Shown in pieces: positions 52,454-60,672 of a stretch of DNA of 64,000 nt. Origin of the DNA: Capsulimonadaceae bacterium (GTDB lineage: Bacteria; Armatimonadota; Armatimonadia; Armatimonadales; Capsulimonadaceae); the NCBI GenBank assembly GCA_965215505.1, contig OZ244065.1, forward strand, positions 1,152,001 to 1,216,000. The letters run 5' to 3'. Positions within the stretch are counted from its first letter, which is position 1. Every line of letters starts with the position of its first letter. The notes below the pieces were generated by a model, which worked only from the letters and a program-made list of their open reading frames with translations, did no database searches and was not told where the DNA came from. The translations under genes and the position numbers were made by a program.

Positions 52454-52996
52454 ATGGCATCCCTGGAAGAGCGCGTCGGCGAGGCGTTCGAGATGGGCGA
52501 GCAGTTGACGGTCATCGGCGGCAAGCTGACGCCCGGCGCGGCTGCCCCCGCGTTCGAGCTGGACTGGCTCGACCCGGCAGACTCGGCGATCCACAGCGTC
52601 CGGCTGAGTGACTCGGACGGAAAGGTGCGCCTGCTCAACCTGGTCAACTCGCTTGACACTCCGGTCTGCCACATCGAAACCCACCACTGGGATGGTCTGC
52701 GCTCGGAGATGCCGCCCACTGTGATGGTCTACACCGTCAGCATGGACCTCCCCTTCGCACAGGAGCGATGGGCTAAGGGGGAGGGCGTCGGCCATGCCCT
52801 GCTGTCGTCCCACCGCTCCACGCGGTTCGGGGAGGACTATGGGGCGCTCATCAAGGAGTGGCGACTGCTCCAGCGCGCCGCCATTGTCATCGACCGCGCG
52901 GGGCGCGTCGTCCACGCCGAGTATGTGAAGGACCAGATGACCGAGCCGGACTATGATGCGGCGGTGGCGGCAGCCTTGCGGGCGACTGCCGCCTGA
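52454..52996 (+). CDS. tpx: Thiol peroxidase (Tpx-like)
   Basis: G..APAF, SLDTPVC, VSMDLPFAQ.RW, FG..YG..I....LLQRA, EPDY. Confidence 0.85.
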   Translation: MASLEERVGEAFEMGEQLTVIGGKLTPGAAAPAFELDWLDPADSAIHSVRLSDSDGKVRLLNLVNSLDTPVCHIETHHWDGLRSEMPPTVMVYTVSMDLPFAQERWAKGEGVGHALLSSHRSTRFGEDYGALIKEWRLLQRAAIVIDRAGRVVHAEYVKDQMTEPDYDAAVAAALRATAA

Positions 52997-53664
52997 TTTC
53001 CGTTCCGGGTGTGCCGTGCAGGATAACGGTAGTGGCCGGTGATCGGCCACAGAGTCAGCACGTCCTGCTCGGCGCAGCGGTCCAGGTTGTGGATGACGTA
53101 GGGGACGCCCGACGGGCCGCGCCGGTCGGAGACGATGCCGGTGTGGTCGCCGGGCGTCCGCCAGCAGACGATGTCGCCCGGCTCCCACTCGGCCAGCGTC
53201 GCCGGGGACACGGTGGTCGTCAAGGCCTGCCCGTGCCGCGTGAAGAAACAGGCGAGGTTCGGGACCCGGCGGTGGTCAATGTTCGGGTCAGGCCCGCGCA
53301 GGCCCCACTTGTGCGGGTACTGGTCCCAATGCGCGGCCATGTCCCGATGCACCAGGGATTGCAGGTCATAGCCGCCCGCGCGCAGGCTGCGGACGACGAC
53401 ATCGGTGCAGGCCCCCTCCCCCGCCGGCGGGTCGCCGTTCGGGTAGGACAGGACGCGGTACGAGGCGTCGTAAGCGTCGCCGATCTGCGCCTTTGCCCCG
53501 GCGACGACCTTGGCCTGGAACGGAGTCAGCGGGATGGCGGTCGGCAGCGCAGGAGCGGGCGTTCCGGCGGCGGGAGCGGCTGAGGGTCGCCGCGATGACA
53601 GGCCGCAGCCCAGGAGGGCGGACGCGCTCAGGGCGAGCAAAAGCAGGGCGGCACGGCACATCAT
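52951..53664 (-). CDS. DUF1287 (YijF-like) lipoprotein
   Basis: Y....YPNGD.P...G.CTDVVVR, D.NIDHRRVPNL, PGDIV.W, HTGIVSD, VIHN. Confidence 0.88.
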   Translation of the reverse strand: MMCRAALLLLALSASALLGCGLSSRRPSAAPAAGTPAPALPTAIPLTPFQAKVVAGAKAQIGDAYDASYRVLSYPNGDPPAGEGACTDVVVRSLRAGGYDLQSLVHRDMAAHWDQYPHKWGLRGPDPNIDHRRVPNLACFFTRHGQALTTTVSPATLAEWEPGDIVCWRTPGDHTGIVSDRRGPSGVPYVIHNLDRCAEQDVLTLWPITGHYRYPARHTRNGNQAAVARKAAATAAS

Positions 53665-55187
53665 GGCTGCCGCCGCGCGCGCGCCAGGGCGATGCCGACG
53701 GCGGCAAGGGCGGCACCGGCCATCCCCAGCGCGAGGGCCGTCTGGTTCGGGCGGACCGTGTTGACATACGCGCCCAGCGCGGCCTTTGCCAGCGGCTCCT
53801 GCCCCTTGCGCTCGTACCAGCGCTGGGCGGCGTGCTGGGAGGCCATGGAGAGGGTCGGGTAGATGTGGACCAGGTCGGCGACGGCCCGGACCGAGTGGCC
53901 GTTCTGCATCGCCAGGGTCCACTCCTGCATCAGCTCGCTGCCGCGCGGGCCGAAGATGTGGACGCCGAGGATCTTGCCGGCGAGGCCCGTCGTCAGCACC
54001 TTGACGAAGCCGCGCGTCTCGTTGTCCGTGATCGCCCGGTCGTTCTGCGCGAACGGCTGCTTGTAGACCTCATAGGCCAGGCCTTGCGCCCTGGCTTCCT
54101 CTTCCGTCAACCCTAGATGAACGACCTCCGGGTCGGTAAATGTCGCCCACGGGCTGAGATGGAAGTCGGCGCGGCTCTCGCCGGGGAAGATGATGTTGCG
54201 GACGACCGTTTTGGCCTCATACTCGGCCATGTGCGAGAACTGGTCGTGCCCCAAAAGGTCCCCGCAGGCATAGATGTGGGGCGCGGTCGTCTGCAACTTG
54301 GCGTTCGTTTTGACACTTTTCGCGTCGTACTCCACTCCCGCCGCCTCCAGGTCCAGCCCCGATGTGTTCGGGACGCGGCCCACCGTCGTCAGTATCTCCT
54401 CGCAGACGATCTCATGGCGGTCGTCGTGCTGCTTGACTGTCACGACCTTGCGGCAGTCCTCAGCACGCACGGACTCGACCGAGGCGCTGAACCGGATGTC
54501 AATGCCCTCTTCGCGCAGCACGGCGGCCAGGGCGGAGGCAAGCTCCACGTCGTCACGCGGCAGCAGGCGCTCACGGTTCTGAACGAGGGTGACGCGGCTG
54601 CCCAGGCGGCTGAACGCCTGCGCCATCTCCACGCCGTTCGGCCCGCCGCCAATGATCAGCAGCGACTCGGGGATGGCTTCCAGGTCGAAGATCGTCTGAT
54701 TTGTCTGGCAGCCAACGCCTTCGAGGCCGGGGATGTCCAGCGGCGCGGGGCTGGAGCCGGTCGCCAGGATGAAGTTCGCCGCCGTCAGACTCTTGCCGTC
54801 TAGGCGGAGCGTGTGCGGGTCAGTGAATGAGGCGCTGCCGCGCTTGATCTCGACGCCGTTGTCGGTCAGCAGCTTCGCCGTCGCGTCCGCCCCCTCGACG
54901 GTGCGGATCGTCTCGCGGACGTGCCGCATGACATTGGCCGCGTCCTCGCGCGTGACCGGGACCGACTTTAGGCCCACCTCGCCCGCCGTCCGCAGTGTGT
55001 GCGCGACGCGGGCGGCTTGCAGGAGCGCCTTGCTCGGGACGCAGCCGGTGTTCAGGCACTCTCCGCCCATCTTGCCCTTCTCGATGAGCAGGACGCGCAT
55101 CCCCAGCGCGCCTGCCATGACGCCCGAGACGATGCCCGCCGAGCCGCCGCCGAGGATGATAATGTCGTAGTCGTACTTCGCTGCCAT
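53661..55187 (-). CDS. Pyridine nucleotide-disulfide oxidoreductase (MerA/DLD-like) with C-terminal TM
   Basis: GGGSAG, GGECLNTGCVPSK, IIGGG..GVE, IYACGD, HIYPTLS. Confidence 0.88.
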   Translation of the reverse strand: MAAKYDYDIIILGGGSAGIVSGVMAGALGMRVLLIEKGKMGGECLNTGCVPSKALLQAARVAHTLRTAGEVGLKSVPVTREDAANVMRHVRETIRTVEGADATAKLLTDNGVEIKRGSASFTDPHTLRLDGKSLTAANFILATGSSPAPLDIPGLEGVGCQTNQTIFDLEAIPESLLIIGGGPNGVEMAQAFSRLGSRVTLVQNRERLLPRDDVELASALAAVLREEGIDIRFSASVESVRAEDCRKVVTVKQHDDRHEIVCEEILTTVGRVPNTSGLDLEAAGVEYDAKSVKTNAKLQTTAPHIYACGDLLGHDQFSHMAEYEAKTVVRNIIFPGESRADFHLSPWATFTDPEVVHLGLTEEEARAQGLAYEVYKQPFAQNDRAITDNETRGFVKVLTTGLAGKILGVHIFGPRGSELMQEWTLAMQNGHSVRAVADLVHIYPTLSMASQHAAQRWYERKGQEPLAKAALGAYVNTVRPNQTALALGMAGAALAAVGIALARARRQP

Positions 55188-55230
55188 GGTGTCTTTCTGT
55201 GCGGCTGCCCTAGGGCTGAAGGTCTCAGCA

Positions 55231-55303
55231 GTGGAGGGCGGGACTTGTCCCCGCCCTCCACGTCATCTTTCCGTAGGGGTAGGGCTTGCCCCTACCCTCC
55301 TAC
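55231..55303. repeat. REP-like hairpin pair
   Basis: GTGGAGGGCGGG-N7-CCCGCCCTCCAC and GTAGGGGTAGGGCTTGCCCCTACCCTCCTAC. Confidence 0.55.
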
Positions 55304-55336
55304 CTTGAAACCCCACCGTTCAGGGCGGGGTACGCC

Positions 55337-56161
55337 TCAAACGCCCGCATCGCCCCAGTGCATCCCCGTCGGGATCGGGCCCAGGCCCGCCCGCTCGAAG
55401 TTGCGGTAGGTGGTCGTGCCGGGGCTGCCGCCGCCCAACACCAAGTCACAGCCCAGCGCGGGCGCGTCGGTCAGGCGGCGGCGGATGAGGGCCGTCTGGA
55501 CACCGCGCCGCCGGTACTCGGGCAGGACGCCCGCTGTCCCGAAGTAGCCGACACCGTCCATAATCGGGAACGAGGCCATGCCGACGGGTTTGCCACCGAT
55601 CTCAGCGATGTAGCGCGCGCCCCCCGGCAGGGCGTCCTCGGCCCACTGGATCGGTCGGTACTCCGGGTCTGCCTCATCCCGCCCGGCGAACGCCCGCTGG
55701 AACAGGTCCAGATAGAGTTCTTTCTCCTCCAGGCCAGAGCGCCGAATGGTGACACCCAACGGTACGTCCTCACCAGCGCGTCCGTCAGGAACGATGGCAG
55801 GGACGGTCCCGGTGCCCGACCACCACAACCCCTCCGATGCTAAACTTGAGAAAAGCGCCTCGGTCATCTCTCCGTGAAGCACCGTCAGCGAACATGGCAG
55901 GCCGTCGTCGCGGTAGAAGTCGAGCAGACCGCCTAGGGCGTCCATGTCCGCCACTCCAAATCCGTGCATACGGTTCTTGCCCCTCAGTAACGAGTGGTGA
56001 ACCTTGCAGGCGACGCCGAAGCCGCTGCCAAAGTGACGAACCTCCACGCCGAACGGGTTGCCAGGGAGATGGGGTAGCGCTCCCATGCGGGCGGCATGGA
56101 AACGCGCCTGGAAGCGCTCCGTGCGGGTGATGAGTTGTTGCGTGAGGTGCGGGCCGGGCAT
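55337..56161 (-). CDS. GNAT N-acetyltransferase
   Basis: AGVLPEYRRRGVQTALI..RL..A...GCD, RNFERAG. Confidence 0.85.
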   Translation of the reverse strand: MPGPHLTQQLITRTERFQARFHAARMGALPHLPGNPFGVEVRHFGSGFGVACKVHHSLLRGKNRMHGFGVADMDALGGLLDFYRDDGLPCSLTVLHGEMTEALFSSLASEGLWWSGTGTVPAIVPDGRAGEDVPLGVTIRRSGLEEKELYLDLFQRAFAGRDEADPEYRPIQWAEDALPGGARYIAEIGGKPVGMASFPIMDGVGYFGTAGVLPEYRRRGVQTALIRRRLTDAPALGCDLVLGGGSPGTTTYRNFERAGLGPIPTGMHWGDAGV

Positions 56162-56197
56162 GGAGTCAGTGTACCCGACGTGGGTAGAATACGGCTG
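56090..56197. repeat. 108-bp direct repeat, copy 1 (promoter plus first 24 codons of GNAT gene)
   Basis: About 91/108 identity to 57887-57994 by manual alignment. Confidence 0.9.
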
Positions 56198-56198
56198 T

Positions 56199-56753
56199 TC
56201 AGGGGGCGGGAGCCATGCAGAATTGCCCCCAATGCTGCTCCAACCCTTTCATGGCATCTCTGACGTTGAACTTGTCCCGATGGTACTCGGCCACATATCG
56301 GAGATAGCAGCAGATCGCCTCGCCCTGCTTTGCCGTCAATATGTTCCACTTTTCCCTCTGCCAGTCTTCCAAGTCAGGCCGATCCGAAAGAGTTAAGACA
56401 TGAAGGGTATCGCTCAGAGTGTTTGAGCGACCGTCAGGCGAGTCGCCAAGGCGCCTCAAAGAGTGGATCATCCAGGCCGGCAAATAATACCGCAGCCCCT
56501 GGCCGTTGAGGTAGCCGAAATAGAACCGGTGGTGGTGCATCACCTCGTCGGGGATTTCCCACCAGTGGGTGTCGGTATCCAGCCGGCGCGCGGCGAGCCG
56601 GGCGGCCTCATCACCGTAGTCGTCCAGGACGCTCGTTTCGTGCAGCGAAACCCCGTCGCCCCGGCGCACTTCTTGGAAAGCCGCAGTGATCAGCGAAACA
56701 AGTGCCGCTGTTTCATCATCAGGAATAGCCACTTTCAGCCTCCATCCAGTCAA
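56199..56753 (-). CDS. DUF6714-like hypothetical protein
   Basis: I..AF..V..GDGVSLHE...DDY, W.EIPD, G.RYYLPA.M..SL. Confidence 0.7.
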   Translation of the reverse strand: MTGWRLKVAIPDDETAALVSLITAAFQEVRRGDGVSLHETSVLDDYGDEAARLAARRLDTDTHWWEIPDEVMHHHRFYFGYLNGQGLRYYLPAWMIHSLRRLGDSPDGRSNTLSDTLHVLTLSDRPDLEDWQREKWNILTAKQGEAICCYLRYVAEYHRDKFNVRDAMKGLEQHWGQFCMAPAP

Positions 56754-57958
56754 AGAACGGGCGGCAGTTTGAGAAGATAAGCGTGAGGCTGGCCGTTGTG
56801 TGTGCCCGTGCCCGTGACGTACCCTGTGTCAGAGACGCTGCGGGCGTCGGTCAGCGCCCAGCCCGACGCTGCACCGAGCAGGGAATTGAGGTCCACGATC
56901 TTCCCCCCGGAACAGCAGAATGCAGACTGCGGCTTGTCCGTGTTCCCGAGTTTCTTCCCGTCTTCCTCCAGGTCATTGGGGTTGGTCCCGCCGACCATCA
57001 GCCCGGCGCGGTTGATGGCATACACGACCGTGGCCTGCCCCGCGAGCGTCCCCAGGTCGGTCATCCTGCCGTCCTGCCACACGCAGGCGTGGGGGACGGT
57101 GTCCGGGCTGAAAGAGGCCGCGCCCGCCACCTGGCCCGCGTCATTGATGGCGTTCGCCAGACTGATCGCCGTACCCGCAGCGCCCAACTCGGTGGGTTTA
57201 TGGGATCGCCAGAGAACGGCGCGGTCATCATAATAGGTGCTGAAAATCTCTGAATTGAGGACATGAGAGTCCGTGGAGTGGCTCGGCTCTCTTAACGCGC
57301 CCACCACCTGCCCGCTGCCGTTGATGCCGTCGCTGTCACTGCTCGCCGCGCCGGAATCGTCGAACGAGTTCACCTTGTGGCCCGACCAGAGGCAGGCATG
57401 GGAAGCCCCGAAACCGCCCCGGATGACACTGCCGGCGACCTGACCTACGGCGTTGATCGCCTGGCCCTCGCTGTCGTCCGCCCTGGACGTGCCGAGTTCG
57501 CTCATGTGCCCCTGCTGCCAGAGGAAGGCATGGTGCTTGTCCTTCTCCCTGATGTCGGCGTTGCCGGTGACCTGCCCGGCGTCGTTCAGGGCGCGGGCTT
57601 CGCTCTGCTTGCCGCCGAGTGTCCCGAGGTCGGTCATCTTCCCGTCCGCGTAGAAGAAGGCGTGGACGTCCTTGTCCCCCGGCATCAGCGACGTGCCCGC
57701 CACCTGCCCCTTGTTGTTGACGCCGTAGCCCGTGCTGCCCGAGCCGCCGAGTGTGCCCAGGTCAGTGACGGAGAGGGTGACGGCGGGCGGGTCGGCGGAG
57801 ATGGAAGCATCCGTGAGGCAGGAAAAGAAAACGACACCTAAGAGAGTACGGTGCAAGGAGTAGTTCATAAAGGGGATGACCTTCCAGGCGGCATGGAACC
57901 GCGCCTGGAAACGCTCCACGCGGGCGATGAGTTGGGGCGTGAGGTGTGAGGCAGGCAT
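56750..57958 (-). CDS. HAF-repeat beta-propeller protein, in frame with a duplicated GNAT N-terminus
   Basis: DLGTLGG..S.A..N..GQV.G and HAF repeats; alternative start ATG 57868. Confidence 0.85.
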   Translation of the reverse strand: MPASHLTPQLIARVERFQARFHAAWKVIPFMNYSLHRTLLGVVFFSCLTDASISADPPAVTLSVTDLGTLGGSGSTGYGVNNKGQVAGTSLMPGDKDVHAFFYADGKMTDLGTLGGKQSEARALNDAGQVTGNADIREKDKHHAFLWQQGHMSELGTSRADDSEGQAINAVGQVAGSVIRGGFGASHACLWSGHKVNSFDDSGAASSDSDGINGSGQVVGALREPSHSTDSHVLNSEIFSTYYDDRAVLWRSHKPTELGAAGTAISLANAINDAGQVAGAASFSPDTVPHACVWQDGRMTDLGTLAGQATVVYAINRAGLMVGGTNPNDLEEDGKKLGNTDKPQSAFCCSGGKIVDLNSLLGAASGWALTDARSVSDTGYVTGTGTHNGQPHAYLLKLPPVL

Positions 57959-57994
57959 GGCGTTAGTGTACCCGGACCGGGTAGAATACGGCTG
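57887..57994. repeat. 108-bp direct repeat, copy 2
   Basis: Encodes MPASHLTPQLIARVERFQARFHAA versus MPGPHLTQQLITRTERFQARFHAA; contains palindrome TACCCGG-A-CCGGGTA. Confidence 0.9.
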
Positions 57995-58011
57995 CCCAGG
58001 AGGCAAAAGTC

Positions 58012-58242
58012 ATGTTGAAGTCCGTCGAAGGCATTTACAGTGGTGGCCAGGTCGAGCTGTCGGAGAGGCCGGACGATCTAGAGGAGGCACGAGTCATCGT
58101 GACGCTCCTGCCGAACGTGAAGCCACAGCAGTTGAGCGACTATGGCATAGATGAGGCACAGGCCGCCGACTTACGCGCGCGCCTCCGGACATTTGAGGAG
58201 GACTGGAACCGGCCCGACTTGGAGGGATACGATGCCCTTTAG
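58012..58242 (+). CDS. Antitoxin-like protein (DUF104/AF2212-like)
   Basis: MLKSVEGIY..G.VEL.E.P....ARVIVT.L; C-terminal DW..P....YD; AGGAGG SD. Confidence 0.7.
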   Translation: MLKSVEGIYSGGQVELSERPDDLEEARVIVTLLPNVKPQQLSDYGIDEAQAADLRARLRTFEEDWNRPDLEGYDAL

Positions 58243-58320
58243 GCAGGGCGACATCGCCGTTGTTCTCTTCCCGAACTCCGACCTATGCACAACGAAGAAG
58301 CGGCCGGCGCTCGTATATCA
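58232..58320 (+). pseudogene. Truncated PemK/MazF toxin
   Basis: MPFRQGDIAVVLFPNSDL...KKRPALV, then similarity is lost where the convergent ORF ends. Confidence 0.7.
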
Positions 58321-58593
58321 TTGTAGGTCTGGGTCAGTGTCTCCCCAAAAAAGAGGCCATGCGTCGAAGTCAAGAACTTCCACTCTATTAACGACGAGAG
58401 TGTAGACGACCGCCTCATGCTCACCGGCGGACTTAACCAAAACCTCCCACGTCACGCCATCAACTATCTGGAAATAGGGACAGCCGGGATCACCGCTCGA
58501 TAGCCAAGCCACTGGTTTGCATATATCAGGATGGGCTGACCAATCGTTCAAGTTCACACCTCGTGATAAGCAAGCGCATTGTAACACCGTCAC
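58318..58593 (-). CDS. Hypothetical protein or fragment (low GC)
   Basis: 91-aa ORF; no family recognised. Confidence 0.35.
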   Translation of the reverse strand: MTVLQCACLSRGVNLNDWSAHPDICKPVAWLSSGDPGCPYFQIVDGVTWEVLVKSAGEHEAVVYTLVVNRVEVLDFDAWPLFWGDTDPDLQ

Positions 58594-58607
58594 CGTGACA
58601 GAGTAGG

Positions 58608-58735
58608 GACATCCGCAGCAGGATTTGAACCCGCGACCTCCGGGCCGCAGCAGGCGGAGCCACCGCCTGCTACTTCACATGGTGGCGAGCCACGTTCCTC
58701 CGGTACTCTGGCTGTCTCTGAGCTACACGGATGTC
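58608..58735 (-). ncRNA. tRNA-like RNA with expanded anticodon arm, no encoded CCA
   Basis: GACATCCGTG-TA-GCTCAG...AGAGT-A-CCGG-[insert]-CCGG-AGGTC-GCGGG-TTCAAAT-CCTGC-TGCGGATGTC; TGcTACAAT 6 nt upstream. Confidence 0.7.
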
Positions 58736-58776
58736 GCATGTATTGTAGCATATCCTGCACCTGAGAAAATCCTCTC

Positions 58777-60169
58777 TTACGCTTCCGGCCTGCGTCGAGG
58801 AAACAGCCGCGCGAAGAGGGAGCCACACACGACCGCCAAACAAGCGTAAGCCGACCAGTCGCCGAAGCGGGTGAAGAAGGTGCCTCGCCCGTCGCCCAAT
58901 GCCACGTCGCCGACAAGCACGTCGGGGGTGAACAAGGGCGACTGGCCGACGATGCGGCCCTGGGCGTCCACGATCTGCGAGAGGCCGTTGGAGTCGGCGC
59001 GGACGAACGGGACGGCGTTCTCGACGGCGCGGAAGGGGAGCATGGTCCCGTGGAGGCGGTGCAGGACGCCGCGCGGGGTGGGAGGGTCGTAGTTGGGGAG
59101 CGCGATCAGCCGCGCCCCCTGCCCCGCCTCTTGCCGGGTCGTGTTGGTGTAGCAGCTGTCGAAGCAGATTTCCAAGCCGATCTTCCCCTGCGGCGTCTCA
59201 ACGACTGTGGCCGCATGGCCGGGCTGGTTCGTCTCGCGCTCGGACAGGTAGAGGTGGATCTTGTGGTGGGCGGGGGCGAGAACGTCGCCATCAGGGGCGA
59301 GGTAGGCGGCGCAGTTGAACGGCTTGGGGCGGGTGTCGTCCGAGTAGCCGACGACGAGGGCGGTTCGGAGCTGGCGGGCGAGCAGGCGGGTCTCGTCTTT
59401 GGGGCTGGGGGGGGGTGAACTCGCCGCCGAGGGACTCTTCCGACCAGACAACGAGTTTTGCCCCGCGCGCCGCAGCCTGCCGGGTCAGGGCGACGCGGTC
59501 CGCCTCCGCGCCCGCCGGGGCCAGGTCGCCGGTTTCCTCGGGCGTGAGGTCCTGGATGGCCGCCACGCGCAGGCGCGGTGCGGTCGGGGGATGGGACAGA
59601 CGCAAGGTGCCGTAGCCGAGTGACAGCAGGACGAGGGCCACGCCGACGCCGAGCGGTGCGGCTTTGCGGCGTAGTGCGATCTCCATCAGGGCGGCGTTCG
59701 CCCACCAGAGCAGGAACGAGACGCCCCAGATGCCGGTGATGCCGGCGATCTGGAGGAGCGGCAGGTTTTGGTACTGACACAGGCCGATGTTGAGCGGCAG
59801 GGGCAGGAACGAGGTCAGCCACTCGCCCGCGATGCCGGCACAGGCCAGGAACAGGACGCGCCGCAGCGGGTGCCCGGCGGCGGGCACTTTCGCGGCGGCG
59901 ATGGCGACGAAGCCGAGCAGGAAGGCCAGCCAGAGGAACGGGATGTAAGCCCAGAACAGCCTGGCAGTGTCGTGATACCAGCCGGCCTGCGCCGCCCCGC
60001 AAACCCCGCCCGCAATCAGGCCCAGACCGACGGCCTCTAAAGGACGCCGCCCCTGGGCGGCGATCAGGAGGGGCGCGAAGGCGAGCCAGCCCAGCCACTC
60101 CTGGTCGAAGGGCGGCAGGCTGAAGGCGAACAGCAGGCCCGTCAGACCCGCCAGCAGGAGTGGTTTCAT
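58777..60169 (-). pseudogene. lnt: Apolipoprotein N-acyltransferase-like gene, frameshifted at a C9 run (or assembly indel)
   Basis: N-terminal TMs, G.WGVSF, WSEES in one frame; HKIHL, EICFDS, RAVEN...VRA...G.S..VD..G in the other. Confidence 0.75.
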
Positions 60170-60672
60170 GGGGTCGCCGCCTCGGTGCGGCGTGTTTCGA
60201 TGCGTTCCAGTTCGTCAACGTCCCGGCGGCAGAGCCACAAGGGGACGATGCCGACGACGCCGAACGAACAGTCTATCAAGCGCCAGAAGTAGGGGATGCC
60301 GCGTAGGGGGCCGAAGACCAAAGCCCACGGCACGACGCAGACGCAGGCGATCATGCCGAAGGTCAGCACCCAGCGGTTGCGGACCGGGTCGCGCAGGGGG
60401 CCAAGGAAGGCGACGGCGATCATCAGGTGCCCGAAAGCCAGCCAGTCCGTGCCGTAGGCGAGGAAGGGGTAGCGGGCGTCCGTCTCGTGCAGGCCGTCCC
60501 GGACGCGCCCGATCCAGTGCGTCAGGCCGTTGTCGCCGGTCCCGATCAGCCGCGCCAGGGTGTCCAGCTCCCAGGCAAGAGGAATGGCCGTCACGCCGCT
60601 CAGGACGAGGCCGAGCAGGAACAAACTGAGCCACCATCGGATGCGCCGCCGCAGAAGGTCGGCGCGGGTCAT
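60166..60672 (-). CDS. Hypothetical membrane protein
   Basis: GLVLSG.TA.PL..EL, YPFLAYGTDWLAF.HL.IA..F.GPLRDPVRN.W, RLIDCSFG. Confidence 0.75.
   Translation of the reverse strand: MTRADLLRRRIRWWLSLFLLGLVLSGVTAIPLAWELDTLARLIGTGDNGLTHWIGRVRDGLHETDARYPFLAYGTDWLAFGHLMIAVAFLGPLRDPVRNRWVLTFGMIACVCVVPWALVFGPLRGIPYFWRLIDCSFGVVGIVPLWLCRRDVDELERIETRRTEAATP

Noticed and set aside
53661-55187. Mercuric reductase merA
   Set aside because: No C-terminal Cys-Cys pair, no N-terminal metal-binding domain and no mer genes nearby
58608-58735. Reading the element as tRNA-Sec, tmRNA or YrlA Y RNA
   Set aside because: TTCAAAT sits in T-loop position after AGGTC, with no long variable arm or second T arm after it. 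It is too short for tmRNA and has no tag ORF or CCA. Arm order is canonical rather than permuted, and no Ro60/TROVE gene is in the window.
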